Source of the DNA: Methanobrevibacter sp.
Lineage (GTDB): Archaea; Methanobacteriota; Methanobacteria; Methanobacteriales; Methanobacteriaceae
Reading direction: 5' to 3'
NCBI RefSeq assembly: GCF_045541095.1
Contig: NZ_JAZQIJ010000220.1
Location: 1-57,537 of the forward strand
Length of the DNA: 57,537 nt
Program-made: the position numbers and the translations under genes
Notes under the pieces: model-generated
What the model was told of the DNA's origin: nothing
Databases searched by the model: none
The model's input: the letters and a program-made list of their open reading frames with translations, nothing else
Shown here: in pieces, positions 44,084 to 53,853 of the stretch
How the letters are laid out: every line of letters begins with the position of its first letter
Numbering within the stretch: the first letter of the stretch is position 1

Positions 44084-46203
44084 TTAAAAACAGAGTGATT
44101 TCATATCTAAAAACTATAATAAATTCATTATTGCTCATATTAGCAGCCCTTGCCGCTATCTACTTTACCGACTATATTAGTACTGATTTTACTGTCGGGG
44201 TCTGGTACAATGCAATCATCATCGTTATTGCAACATACATTGCAAATTCCCTACTGTGGCCAATTTTCAGAAGATTTTTAATGAAGTTTTTCATTTTTAC
44301 ATTCGGATCTGGAGGGCTTTTTATCAGTTGTCTGATATTTTACATCGCAACATATTTTATTCCAGGAGTATATGTCGGTGCCTACGGATTCTTCCAAGTC
44401 CCGATACTTTCAGCAATATTCATTACCCTTATGACAAATATTACCCGGACAAGCTACTTCGACCGTTACGTCAAATCCATTTTGAAATATGCCATAAAGA
44501 GAAAAACAGATTATAAAAAGAAATATCCTGGTGTAATCATGCTTGAAATTGATGGCCTGTCAATAACCACATTGAAAAAAGCCATTGATAAAGGTAAAAT
44601 GCCTACACTCAAAAAATGGATGGATGAGAAAACACACACCTTAAAGGAATGGGAAACCGATTTGTCCTCACAGACAGGATCAAGCCAGGCAGGAATATTG
44701 CATGGAAACAACAGAGACATTGTTGCATACAGATGGGTTGAAAAGGAAAATAACAATCAGATAATAGTGTCAGGAAAACTTAGTGATGCACCAAAAATCG
44801 AGGAAAAAATCAGTGACGGAAACGGTCTGCTTGTAAACGGAATAAGCATCTCCAATATGTTTTCAGGAGACAGCAAACTTTCGGCATTGACATCATCAAA
44901 AGTTGAAAGAATGACAAACGTGTACACAAAATCCCTAAATTCCGTATTTCTTGAATCATTTAATTTCCAGAGAATCTTCATTTTGTTTTTATGGGACATC
45001 ATTCTAGAGTTCAAATCACAGATTATGCACTATTTAAAAAATGTTCAGCCTCGAACAAGAAGAACAATCGTTTATGCGGCCGTAAGAGCAGGGGCTAATG
45101 TTGTGTTAAGAGAAGCGACAACAGAAGTCCTGTCAGCTGAAATCCTTACAGCAGACATTGATACCGCATATGCGACATACATGGGATATGATGAAATTGC
45201 CCACCACTCAGGCGTTGAAGATAATGATGTGTGGGGAACTTTAAAACAAATAGATTTGCAGTTTTCAAGATTGAAATCAACAATAGAAATGAGCGACAGA
45301 GACTACGAAATTGTAATTCTATCAGACCATGGCCAAAGTAAGGGTGCGACATTCAAACAAAGATATGGGATAACTCTAGAGGAATATGTTAGAAGGTTGC
45401 TTCCAGAGGATTTGACAGTATTTGAAACCAGATACAACATAGACCACTTCAGAGATGCGGTCATCCCTGAAAACAAACAGATAAAAAATTTCAAAGAACG
45501 TTTGGGAAATATTCATGACGATTTGTTTGATGAAAACGGATCCCTGCAAAATATTAGGGAAGGAATTGAAAACAGAAAACCGGCAATTATTTTTGAAAAC
45601 GAACAGTACAAGAACCTTCAAAAAAGATATAATAATAGCCTAGATTACATTAAAGGCCATGAAAGTGTTGAACACGGTACTAAAAAAGCAAAGGACTCTG
45701 AATTAATAGTTTTGGGCTCTGGTAATTTAGGATTAATATACTTAACCCAATGGAAACAACGATTGACCTATGAGGAAATAGTCATGCTCTTTCCGGACCT
45801 GATTCCTGGACTTGTAAAGCATCACGGCATCGGATTTGTCCTTGTAAACTCAATGAATGATGGTGGAATGGCAATAGGTGATGAAGGAATCTATTACTTG
45901 GATACCGATAAAATTGTTGGGAAAAATCCTCTTGAAGACTTTGGAAAAAATGCAGCAAAACATCTTAAAAGACAAAATAGCTTCAAAAATATGCCAGATA
46001 TCATGGTAAACAGCATTTATGATGAAAAGTATGATGAAGTATGCGCATTTGAAGAGCTGATTGGAAATCATGGAGGGCTTGGAGGAAACCAGACAAAACC
46101 GTTTATACTCTATCCAAGCAAATGGAGTGAGCCAGGAGAACTTGTTGGTGCAGAATCAATCTACAGATTCCTAAAAAAAGAGATAGAAAATTTAAATTCT
46201 TGA
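44080..46203 (+). CDS. 4-TM holin-like domain fused to alkaline-phosphatase-superfamily phosphodiesterase
   Basis: Four N-terminal TMs; EIDGLS, SSQTGSSQ, YDEIAHH, LSDHGQ and HGGLGG. Confidence 0.8.
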   Translation: MIKNRVISYLKTIINSLLLILAALAAIYFTDYISTDFTVGVWYNAIIIVIATYIANSLLWPIFRRFLMKFFIFTFGSGGLFISCLIFYIATYFIPGVYVGAYGFFQVPILSAIFITLMTNITRTSYFDRYVKSILKYAIKRKTDYKKKYPGVIMLEIDGLSITTLKKAIDKGKMPTLKKWMDEKTHTLKEWETDLSSQTGSSQAGILHGNNRDIVAYRWVEKENNNQIIVSGKLSDAPKIEEKISDGNGLLVNGISISNMFSGDSKLSALTSSKVERMTNVYTKSLNSVFLESFNFQRIFILFLWDIILEFKSQIMHYLKNVQPRTRRTIVYAAVRAGANVVLREATTEVLSAEILTADIDTAYATYMGYDEIAHHSGVEDNDVWGTLKQIDLQFSRLKSTIEMSDRDYEIVILSDHGQSKGATFKQRYGITLEEYVRRLLPEDLTVFETRYNIDHFRDAVIPENKQIKNFKERLGNIHDDLFDENGSLQNIREGIENRKPAIIFENEQYKNLQKRYNNSLDYIKGHESVEHGTKKAKDSELIVLGSGNLGLIYLTQWKQRLTYEEIVMLFPDLIPGLVKHHGIGFVLVNSMNDGGMAIGDEGIYYLDTDKIVGKNPLEDFGKNAAKHLKRQNSFKNMPDIMVNSIYDEKYDEVCAFEELIGNHGGLGGNQTKPFILYPSKWSEPGELVGAESIYRFLKKEIENLNS

Positions 46204-47037
46204 AAGCCAATAATCTAAAATTTCTTCCACATTCTCGTCAAAACTAATAGTTTTTTCTTTATTTTCAGGAATCGCCTGAGGATAATCCAAATTCAATCTG
46301 ATTAATGTTGCATCATCATTGTTGTAGGTCATCTGTTCGAATGGATATCTTATGATTCCTGGAGTATTGAACCCGACTCCAATTTCCAAAAATACGAACT
46401 TATCATCAATATTGTGTAAAAAATCATAATATCTGTCATTCATCTCATGCCATTTATTGTCTTCAACGAAAAAGTTGTCTTTTCTTAAATTCAAATCCAT
46501 CTCTTCACCGCAAACCGGACATTTCGGAACCAAATCTGTCGGAATTTTGAAGTTTTCAGTTTCATCCATCCACTCGCTGACCAACTCTTCGTTATAGTAC
46601 AGTTTATCGTGACATGCCTTGCTGCACTGGAGAAGAGAATAATCTCCCTGTGTTGCAAATATTCTTTCATCTTCAAATCCGTTAATCCAGAACTGGGACT
46701 CGACATTAGTAGTTAGGACAAAATACTCCTTGTTTTCAACTAATTTCAAAAGTTTCTGGTAAACATCGGTTTTTCCCACATCATATCTGTTTGCAAAAAT
46801 ATGTCGGGCCCAATATGCCCATTTTTCCTCGGAAGTCTCAAAGGGATAAAATCCGGATGAATACATGTCAGTAAAACCATATTCATCTATGAAATCCTTA
46901 AAATATCTAACAAAACGTTCACCACCATAGTCGATTCCTGCTGCAGTAGACAATCCCGCGCCTGCACCGATTATGATATATTTTGCCTCATCAATGGCTT
47001 TTTTAGCCTTATCCAACCTTTGTACAAAACGTTCCAT
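46192..47037 (-). CDS. Class M sirtuin (SirTM) mono-ADP-ribosyltransferase
   Basis: GAGAGLS, TTNVE, TQGD (Gln at the catalytic His site), Zn Cys pairs, NLR and GVGFNTP. Confidence 0.87.
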   Translation of the reverse strand: MERFVQRLDKAKKAIDEAKYIIIGAGAGLSTAAGIDYGGERFVRYFKDFIDEYGFTDMYSSGFYPFETSEEKWAYWARHIFANRYDVGKTDVYQKLLKLVENKEYFVLTTNVESQFWINGFEDERIFATQGDYSLLQCSKACHDKLYYNEELVSEWMDETENFKIPTDLVPKCPVCGEEMDLNLRKDNFFVEDNKWHEMNDRYYDFLHNIDDKFVFLEIGVGFNTPGIIRYPFEQMTYNNDDATLIRLNLDYPQAIPENKEKTISFDENVEEILDYWLSRI

Positions 47038-47831
47038 TAATCATCACCAAATAATAATTCTTTATAAGTCAAATAGCTTTTATCAGAAAATACGTCAAAA
47101 ATTACAGCATCGAGACTTGTTTCGTGAGAATCCAAGTATTTTTCCACAGTATTGATTGCAATTCCGGCAGCCAGTTTTTCCGGGAAATTGAATACTCCAG
47201 TTGAAATACCGCAAAATGCCAATGATTTCAATCCATATTCATTTGCAATTTCCAGACATGAATTATAGCAGCTAGCCAATGCATCGCAATCCTTTTTTGA
47301 AGGATTCATACCTTGAGGAATTGCAGGTCCGACAGTATGAATCACATATTTGGAAGGCAAATTATATGCACCTGTAATCTTTGCAGCGCCAACCTCTTCA
47401 TCTCTGTTCTGCTCCTTCATTATCCTATCACATTCCTCTCTAAGCTGTAATCCTGCTGAAGAGTGAATTACATTGTCGATGCAATTATGAAGAGGGATAA
47501 AACAACCCAACAATTTGGAATTGGCCGCATTGACTATTGCATCAACTTTTAAAGTGACAATATCCCCTTGCCATAGCCTTATTTTACCTATGGCTTCTGT
47601 AATATCTTCAACAGTAGTTAAATTCTTTTTTAATGTTTCCTGTGTTAAGAAATTATCCTGAACATCCAAAAATTCTTGAGACAACTTTCCAGGAGTTCTT
47701 ATATTCATCAGTGCACGAAGCAGATTTCGTTTTTCATAATATTCTGTTGGAATTTCTATAGATTCATTTCTTTCTGAAATCAAATAATCAATCAAAAAAT
47801 CCAATTGCTGTTGCGTATTTATTTTTATCAC
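47037..47831 (-). CDS. Zn-dependent macrodomain ADP-ribosylhydrolase
   Basis: [22 protein letters not shown] (C-H-C Zn loop), HTVGP and ISTGVF. Confidence 0.9.
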   Translation of the reverse strand: MIKINTQQQLDFLIDYLISERNESIEIPTEYYEKRNLLRALMNIRTPGKLSQEFLDVQDNFLTQETLKKNLTTVEDITEAIGKIRLWQGDIVTLKVDAIVNAANSKLLGCFIPLHNCIDNVIHSSAGLQLREECDRIMKEQNRDEEVGAAKITGAYNLPSKYVIHTVGPAIPQGMNPSKKDCDALASCYNSCLEIANEYGLKSLAFCGISTGVFNFPEKLAAGIAINTVEKYLDSHETSLDAVIFDVFSDKSYLTYKELLFGDD

Positions 47832-47869
47832 CTACAATTTAATTTATTTTTAAAATTTAAATGATTTTT

Positions 47870-47905
47870 GTAACTTTAAGGAAACCAGGTAACTGAAAAG
47901 TAACT
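47870..47905. promoter_or_regulatory. Tandem putative HxlR/DUF24 operators in a divergent promoter
   Basis: GTAACT at 47870, 47889 and 47900 (GTAACT-N5-GAAAC and GTAACT-N5-GTAAC). Confidence 0.5.
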
Positions 47906-47935
47906 AATATATAATAATTTAATCTAGTAATTAAT

Positions 47936-48319
47936 ATGGAAGGTGAAAACATAGTCTGTCCCGTTGATAGAACTTTAAATCTGATCAATAAAAAGTGGAA
48001 TATTCAAATCATCAGGGACCTATTTTTTGGAAAGAAACATTTTAAAGATTTTAAGGAATCAAATCCGAATCTAAGCAATAAAGTACTGTCAAACTGCTTA
48101 AAGGAACTGGAAGAGAATGGAATCATTGAAAAACAAGTGTTAAATACCACACCCATAAGTACCGAGTATCAGCTGACAGAATACGGAAGATCAATGAACC
48201 GAATCATATACGAATTGGCTATGTTTACATTGAATGATGAAAAAAGTGAAGTTTACTCTGATGAGACACGAAACGCGTTGAAAGAAAATTTTAAGCAAAC
48301 ATTGAAGATTGATGATTAA
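47936..48319 (+). CDS. HxlR/DUF24 winged-helix regulator
   Basis: CPV...KKW, LKELEENG and EYQLTEYG. Confidence 0.9.
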   Translation: MEGENIVCPVDRTLNLINKKWNIQIIRDLFFGKKHFKDFKESNPNLSNKVLSNCLKELEENGIIEKQVLNTTPISTEYQLTEYGRSMNRIIYELAMFTLNDEKSEVYSDETRNALKENFKQTLKIDD

Positions 48320-48320
48320 A

Positions 48321-48959
48321 ATGACTGGTAAAATTTATATTATTGGAATTGGTCCGGGGGCCAGCGAATACCTCACTAAAAAAGCGATTGATACAGTTAA
48401 ATCCAGTGATTACACTGTTGGAAGTACACGCGCCATTGAACTGTTTGATGATGTTCAAAATAAAATAGCATTTAATGTTAAAGATTTATTAGACAAGCTG
48501 GAAGAGGGAGTTCAGCTGGCATGTGATGGAAGTACAGTTTCAATATTATCTACCGGAGACCCTGGTTTTTCAGGCGTTTTAAATACTGTTTTAAGAATTT
48601 CCGGTGAAAAAGGATTTGATAAAGAATATATTGAAGTGATTCCAGGAATAAGTTCTCTCCAGCTTGCTGCTGCAAAATGCCACATTCAATGGGATAATGC
48701 AAATGTAATGACTTTTCATGGACGGGAAAACATAGAAGACATTTTACCTGTCATAAACAATGGAAAAACAACCATTGCACTCCCTTCAAGAAAAGTGAAG
48801 GACATGGCACAGTTCCTGCTTGACAATGGTGTTGAGCCTGACAGGAAAGTTGTGGTCTGCGAACGTCTAAGTTACCCTGATGAAAAAATTGTAGAGGCCA
48901 CTTTAAAAGATATTGCCCAGAGCGAATTTACCTATATGTGCATTATGGTCATATATTAA
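48321..48959 (+). CDS. cbiE: Cobalt-precorrin-7 C5-methyltransferase
   Basis: GIGPG, STGDPGFSG, IPGISS, HGR and ERLSYPDE. Confidence 0.9.
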   Translation: MTGKIYIIGIGPGASEYLTKKAIDTVKSSDYTVGSTRAIELFDDVQNKIAFNVKDLLDKLEEGVQLACDGSTVSILSTGDPGFSGVLNTVLRISGEKGFDKEYIEVIPGISSLQLAAAKCHIQWDNANVMTFHGRENIEDILPVINNGKTTIALPSRKVKDMAQFLLDNGVEPDRKVVVCERLSYPDEKIVEATLKDIAQSEFTYMCIMVIY

Positions 48960-49085
48960 GATAATTTACTCTCTAAATTCATTTTTAAAAGCATTTATGA
49001 TTTGATTTTAAAAATAAAGCATATATAAGTTAGTACTCATACTTTAATTGTTGATTTTGGAAAATTGACAATTAAGGTAGATACT

Positions 49086-51977
49086 ATGAATATAAAAATA
49101 AACACCATATGTTTCATTTTCCTGTTATTTTTTTTAATTTCTGCCGTGTCAGCAGCACAAAATGAAAATGAAACCCTAGAAACAATTTTACAACCTGATC
49201 CCAGTGAGGATTTATGTAAAGTCAGCGTGGAAAGTGATGTCGAAAAACTCAGAACAGAAAATAATCCAGAAAAATTAAGTGCAACACAGAAAGCAACAAA
49301 GAAAAAAATCACAATGAACGCCCCAAACGTGAAAATGTACTATAAGGACGGAAGCAAGTTTACGGTGACATTGAAATATCAAAAAATGCTAATCGGCAAT
49401 GCAAAGGTGAAGATAAACATTGACGGCAATACCTACACAAAGACAACAGACAAAAAGGGAACAGCGTCGATAAATCTAAATTTAAAGAGTGGAACATATA
49501 CCGTTTTAAGCACATGTGACGGAAACAGCGAGTTTGCAAGCGTGAGTGCAAAAAGTACTGTGACGATAAAAAGCACAGTGAAATGTAGCGATTACTCAAA
49601 ATACTATAAAAATACCGGCAAATACACTGCAACATTTTATGACAAAAAGGGAAAGGTTCTGAAAAATACGGCAATCAAATTTAAGATTAACAGCAAAACA
49701 TATACCGTTAAAACCGATTCCAAGGGCGTTGCAAAACTGGCCATAGATTTAAAGCCAAATAAGTACACCATTTCCGTTACAAACTCAAAAACATCTGAAA
49801 GCATATCAAAAACCGTTACAATCAAGTCTCTGATTGTGACAAACGATTTGACCTTCAAAGAGGGTAAAAAAGGAAAATTCAATGTCAAGATTTTAAACAG
49901 CAACGGAAAAGTTGAAGCAAACAAGAAAGTGACAATAAAGGTCAACGGAAAGACATACTCAAAAATAACAAACAAAAACGGAATTGCTACACTTGAATTG
50001 AGCCTGAATCCGGGATCATATTCAATCACTACACAGTATTCAGGCCTCAAGTCTACAAACATGGTTACTGTTACCAAAATCATTAAACCCTCCTCATTCA
50101 CCCATACTCTGCTGATTCCAAGCTACGTAAATGTGACAACAACACAAGTGTATGATAACTCAGTTTATACAGTGAAAAGCGGATTTAACGGAATTATAAA
50201 AATGCCGAAAAATGAAATATTCACTATCCAAGTTGGCGACAGCAGTTATCAGTTTTCAAACATCCCTATGAGCGGAGTATATTCAAAAGTAATAGGATAT
50301 TATTATCATCTCATTCCCTTTGACGGAAGTGAAGTCAAAAGCAGTACCGATAAAAGCAATTTGAAGGGAAACGGAATAGTGATTTCAAGGGTTAACGGAT
50401 TTACTCAAATCGATTATCAAAGCAGCACAAGCGACAATGTTGAACTATTTGGATTTTATGCAGACAAAGGCCTGGGAAGCAGTGAAACATTCACATATAT
50501 GCAAAATGATAAAATAACGGCTAAAGTCAATGTAGAAACCCAAAGCTTTGATGAATTGGGACTACAATACAGCATTGCGAAATTTTACCAGAAAAGCATC
50601 TATGACTTCAACTACAAAAGCTATGATGAGATAACAAACCACAACACCGCACTGATAAAATTTGTCAATACAAACACGCCGGTATCTTTTTCATACTTCG
50701 GAAAATCAATTGTTGGAGACATACCTCAAGAAAACATCATAACCAGATTCAGCGTGAATGGTGTTGAAGAGCTTGAAAAAAGAGAATCAATAACCTACGG
50801 CTTTTCAGAAAAATACAGAAAAACCGTCGGATTTGAAGTGCTTCAGTCATACAGCATAGTTACAGAGAAAATTAACCGGGAAACTTTAGAACACTGGATT
50901 AATTACAATAATCTTTATTTGAATAGATTTGGAGTGATGAACGCATACGGCATGCATCTGGCTTCACTTGAAACAATATGGCTAGCCGATAAGACCGCAG
51001 ATGAATACTCCAAAAAGTTCAATGTGACCTGGTCAAGGACAAGACCTACAACAATACTCGGCGGAATCAATTTGGAAGACACTTATCTGAACGTTTTAAA
51101 TGCGGATATGGGAATGGACGTTGAGGGTAAAGAAAATGATGCCGTTGAATTCAGATTAATCAATTCGTTACAACTGCCAAATATTGAAGAATACTGCCTG
51201 GATGATATTTCAGCCAGATTCCTTGATCTTACTACAAATTCTCAAGACAACATATTCTTTGCCATAAACAACAACAAGTTCAGTATCGCACAATTAGGTG
51301 AGATGATGTACCTGTTTGCTGAAGACGGAAGTAATTCAGCGATTGTCCTCAATACTACAAATGGAGTGGCCAGCGTAATCCATTCACATGATGATGCAAC
51401 CTACAAGGGAGCATCAGTATCCACCGTTTGCGACTGCTGCAGCATCGGAATGATTCCAACAGACATCATTTCCGGAATCAGACAAACATTTAACATTTTT
51501 GCACCTGTAGAATCCTTTGTTTCCAGTGCACTTGAAAAAATTCACCCGTTAAGCAAAATCGCATATAAGATTTTGACAAATGCAGGAACAAAAATTCTTA
51601 CAGGAGCTGCAAAAGCGGGACTTAAGCTTCTTGGAATGACTGTTTTCATCCAACAGCTTGGTTCAGACTATAGGGAAGATTCAGTTGATCCCAAAGACTG
51701 GTATGATTTAATGGACACCGCCACATTTACAAGACCCGGATATCTGCAGGGCAAGAAAATCTATAATATCCCAAACGGAAAGGACGGCTACGATTATGTT
51801 GAAGTAAAAATAAATAAAGATTTAAGTTTAGACAGAAATAATGTAGTATATATAAGTCATGGAAAAACAAGGAACTTGACAAAACAAGAAACTTACGAAT
51901 ATTTCACAGACGAATACTGGACACCGATAAACGTTCCAACCAAATATTGGGACGAAAGCTGGAGAGTGGTTACATAA
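49086..51977 (+). CDS. Secreted adhesin-like protein with Ig-like repeats and a large non-repeat C-terminal region
   Basis: Signal peptide ending AVSA; about three Lys-rich repeats (KTY-x2-(T/K/I)T(D/N)-x2-G-x-A...Y); about 620-aa unique C-terminus. Confidence 0.85.
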   Translation: MNIKINTICFIFLLFFLISAVSAAQNENETLETILQPDPSEDLCKVSVESDVEKLRTENNPEKLSATQKATKKKITMNAPNVKMYYKDGSKFTVTLKYQKMLIGNAKVKINIDGNTYTKTTDKKGTASINLNLKSGTYTVLSTCDGNSEFASVSAKSTVTIKSTVKCSDYSKYYKNTGKYTATFYDKKGKVLKNTAIKFKINSKTYTVKTDSKGVAKLAIDLKPNKYTISVTNSKTSESISKTVTIKSLIVTNDLTFKEGKKGKFNVKILNSNGKVEANKKVTIKVNGKTYSKITNKNGIATLELSLNPGSYSITTQYSGLKSTNMVTVTKIIKPSSFTHTLLIPSYVNVTTTQVYDNSVYTVKSGFNGIIKMPKNEIFTIQVGDSSYQFSNIPMSGVYSKVIGYYYHLIPFDGSEVKSSTDKSNLKGNGIVISRVNGFTQIDYQSSTSDNVELFGFYADKGLGSSETFTYMQNDKITAKVNVETQSFDELGLQYSIAKFYQKSIYDFNYKSYDEITNHNTALIKFVNTNTPVSFSYFGKSIVGDIPQENIITRFSVNGVEELEKRESITYGFSEKYRKTVGFEVLQSYSIVTEKINRETLEHWINYNNLYLNRFGVMNAYGMHLASLETIWLADKTADEYSKKFNVTWSRTRPTTILGGINLEDTYLNVLNADMGMDVEGKENDAVEFRLINSLQLPNIEEYCLDDISARFLDLTTNSQDNIFFAINNNKFSIAQLGEMMYLFAEDGSNSAIVLNTTNGVASVIHSHDDATYKGASVSTVCDCCSIGMIPTDIISGIRQTFNIFAPVESFVSSALEKIHPLSKIAYKILTNAGTKILTGAAKAGLKLLGMTVFIQQLGSDYREDSVDPKDWYDLMDTATFTRPGYLQGKKIYNIPNGKDGYDYVEVKINKDLSLDRNNVVYISHGKTRNLTKQETYEYFTDEYWTPINVPTKYWDESWRVVT

Positions 51978-52318
51978 TGAACAGAAATCAACTGATATCT
52001 ATAGTTCTGTTATGCCTAATGTTTTTAGTATTGGCATTTACAATTCCCTCAGGAGGAATTGATATATTGGAGATATTCTTCCTAATCATTGGAATTCTAA
52101 TCCTTTTAGGAATATTAATCCGATTCCTATTTCCGGAAAACAGCATTGCCAAAATATTTGACAGCCAGTCAACCCTAATGAAAATTATCTTAATTGTGTT
52201 TGTAGTAATTGCATTATATGGCCTGATTACACTGGAAAATCTAAAAATAATCGGAGCAGTAATATTTCTAATAATAGTGTTTTTATTTGCCGAATGGTTT
52301 TTTAAAAAAGAAGAATAG
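51977..52318 (+). CDS. Small 4-TM membrane protein
   Basis: TAATG stop/start overlap with the upstream gene; four hydrophobic helices in 113 aa. Confidence 0.8.
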   Translation: MNRNQLISIVLLCLMFLVLAFTIPSGGIDILEIFFLIIGILILLGILIRFLFPENSIAKIFDSQSTLMKIILIVFVVIALYGLITLENLKIIGAVIFLIIVFLFAEWFFKKEE

Positions 52319-52322
52319 TTAA

Positions 52323-52350
52323 AAGTTAAAATAATAATTTATTTTAACTT
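52323..52350. terminator. Perfect 12-bp hairpin between convergent genes
   Basis: AAGTTAAAATAA-taat-TTATTTTAACTT. Confidence 0.55.
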
Positions 52351-52361
52351 ATTTTATTTTT

Positions 52362-53462
<1,101 letters not shown>

Positions 53463-53683
53463 TCATGAATGTAAAAGTATATGATTTTAATTAATCTTAC
53501 TTTTGGTTACTAAATGATATTTAATGTTTTATAGTATATAAAGTTAGTTATTACAGTTAGATTCAAGTCTTTGATTTAAGATTTATTATGCAGAAGCCGT
53601 CTCATATGATATATTCATAAATTAATAATATTTAAATACTAAATTAAATATAACTATTATAAAATTATTAGGAGGTGTTAATC

Positions 53684-53752
53684 ATGGGGCTTGAAGATTC
53701 TGAATTAGATTTAAATTGTATGGAAGTCGATTCTAGAATCAAAGCTCTATGA
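53684..53752 (+). CDS. 22-aa small ORF (possible leader peptide) upstream of the EF-2 gene
   Basis: AGGAGGTG RBS and TTTAAATA box upstream; MGLEDSELDLNCMEVDSRIKAL. Confidence 0.45.
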   Translation: MGLEDSELDLNCMEVDSRIKAL

Positions 53753-53853
53753 TTAATGCAAACTACTTTTTCTAGATAAAATAATATTTAACATGTTTTT
53801 TATTTTTATTAGCTCGGCTTTCATACTTTAAACAAATTTTTTGGAGTTGACGT

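Noticed and set aside
44080-44500. Holin as evidence of a prophage
   Set aside because: It is a fused membrane domain with no endolysin or virion genes nearby
53750-53779. TGA read-through (selenocysteine) of the small ORF
   Set aside because: Adds only 8 further codons, no SECIS was seen, and this lineage is not known to use Sec
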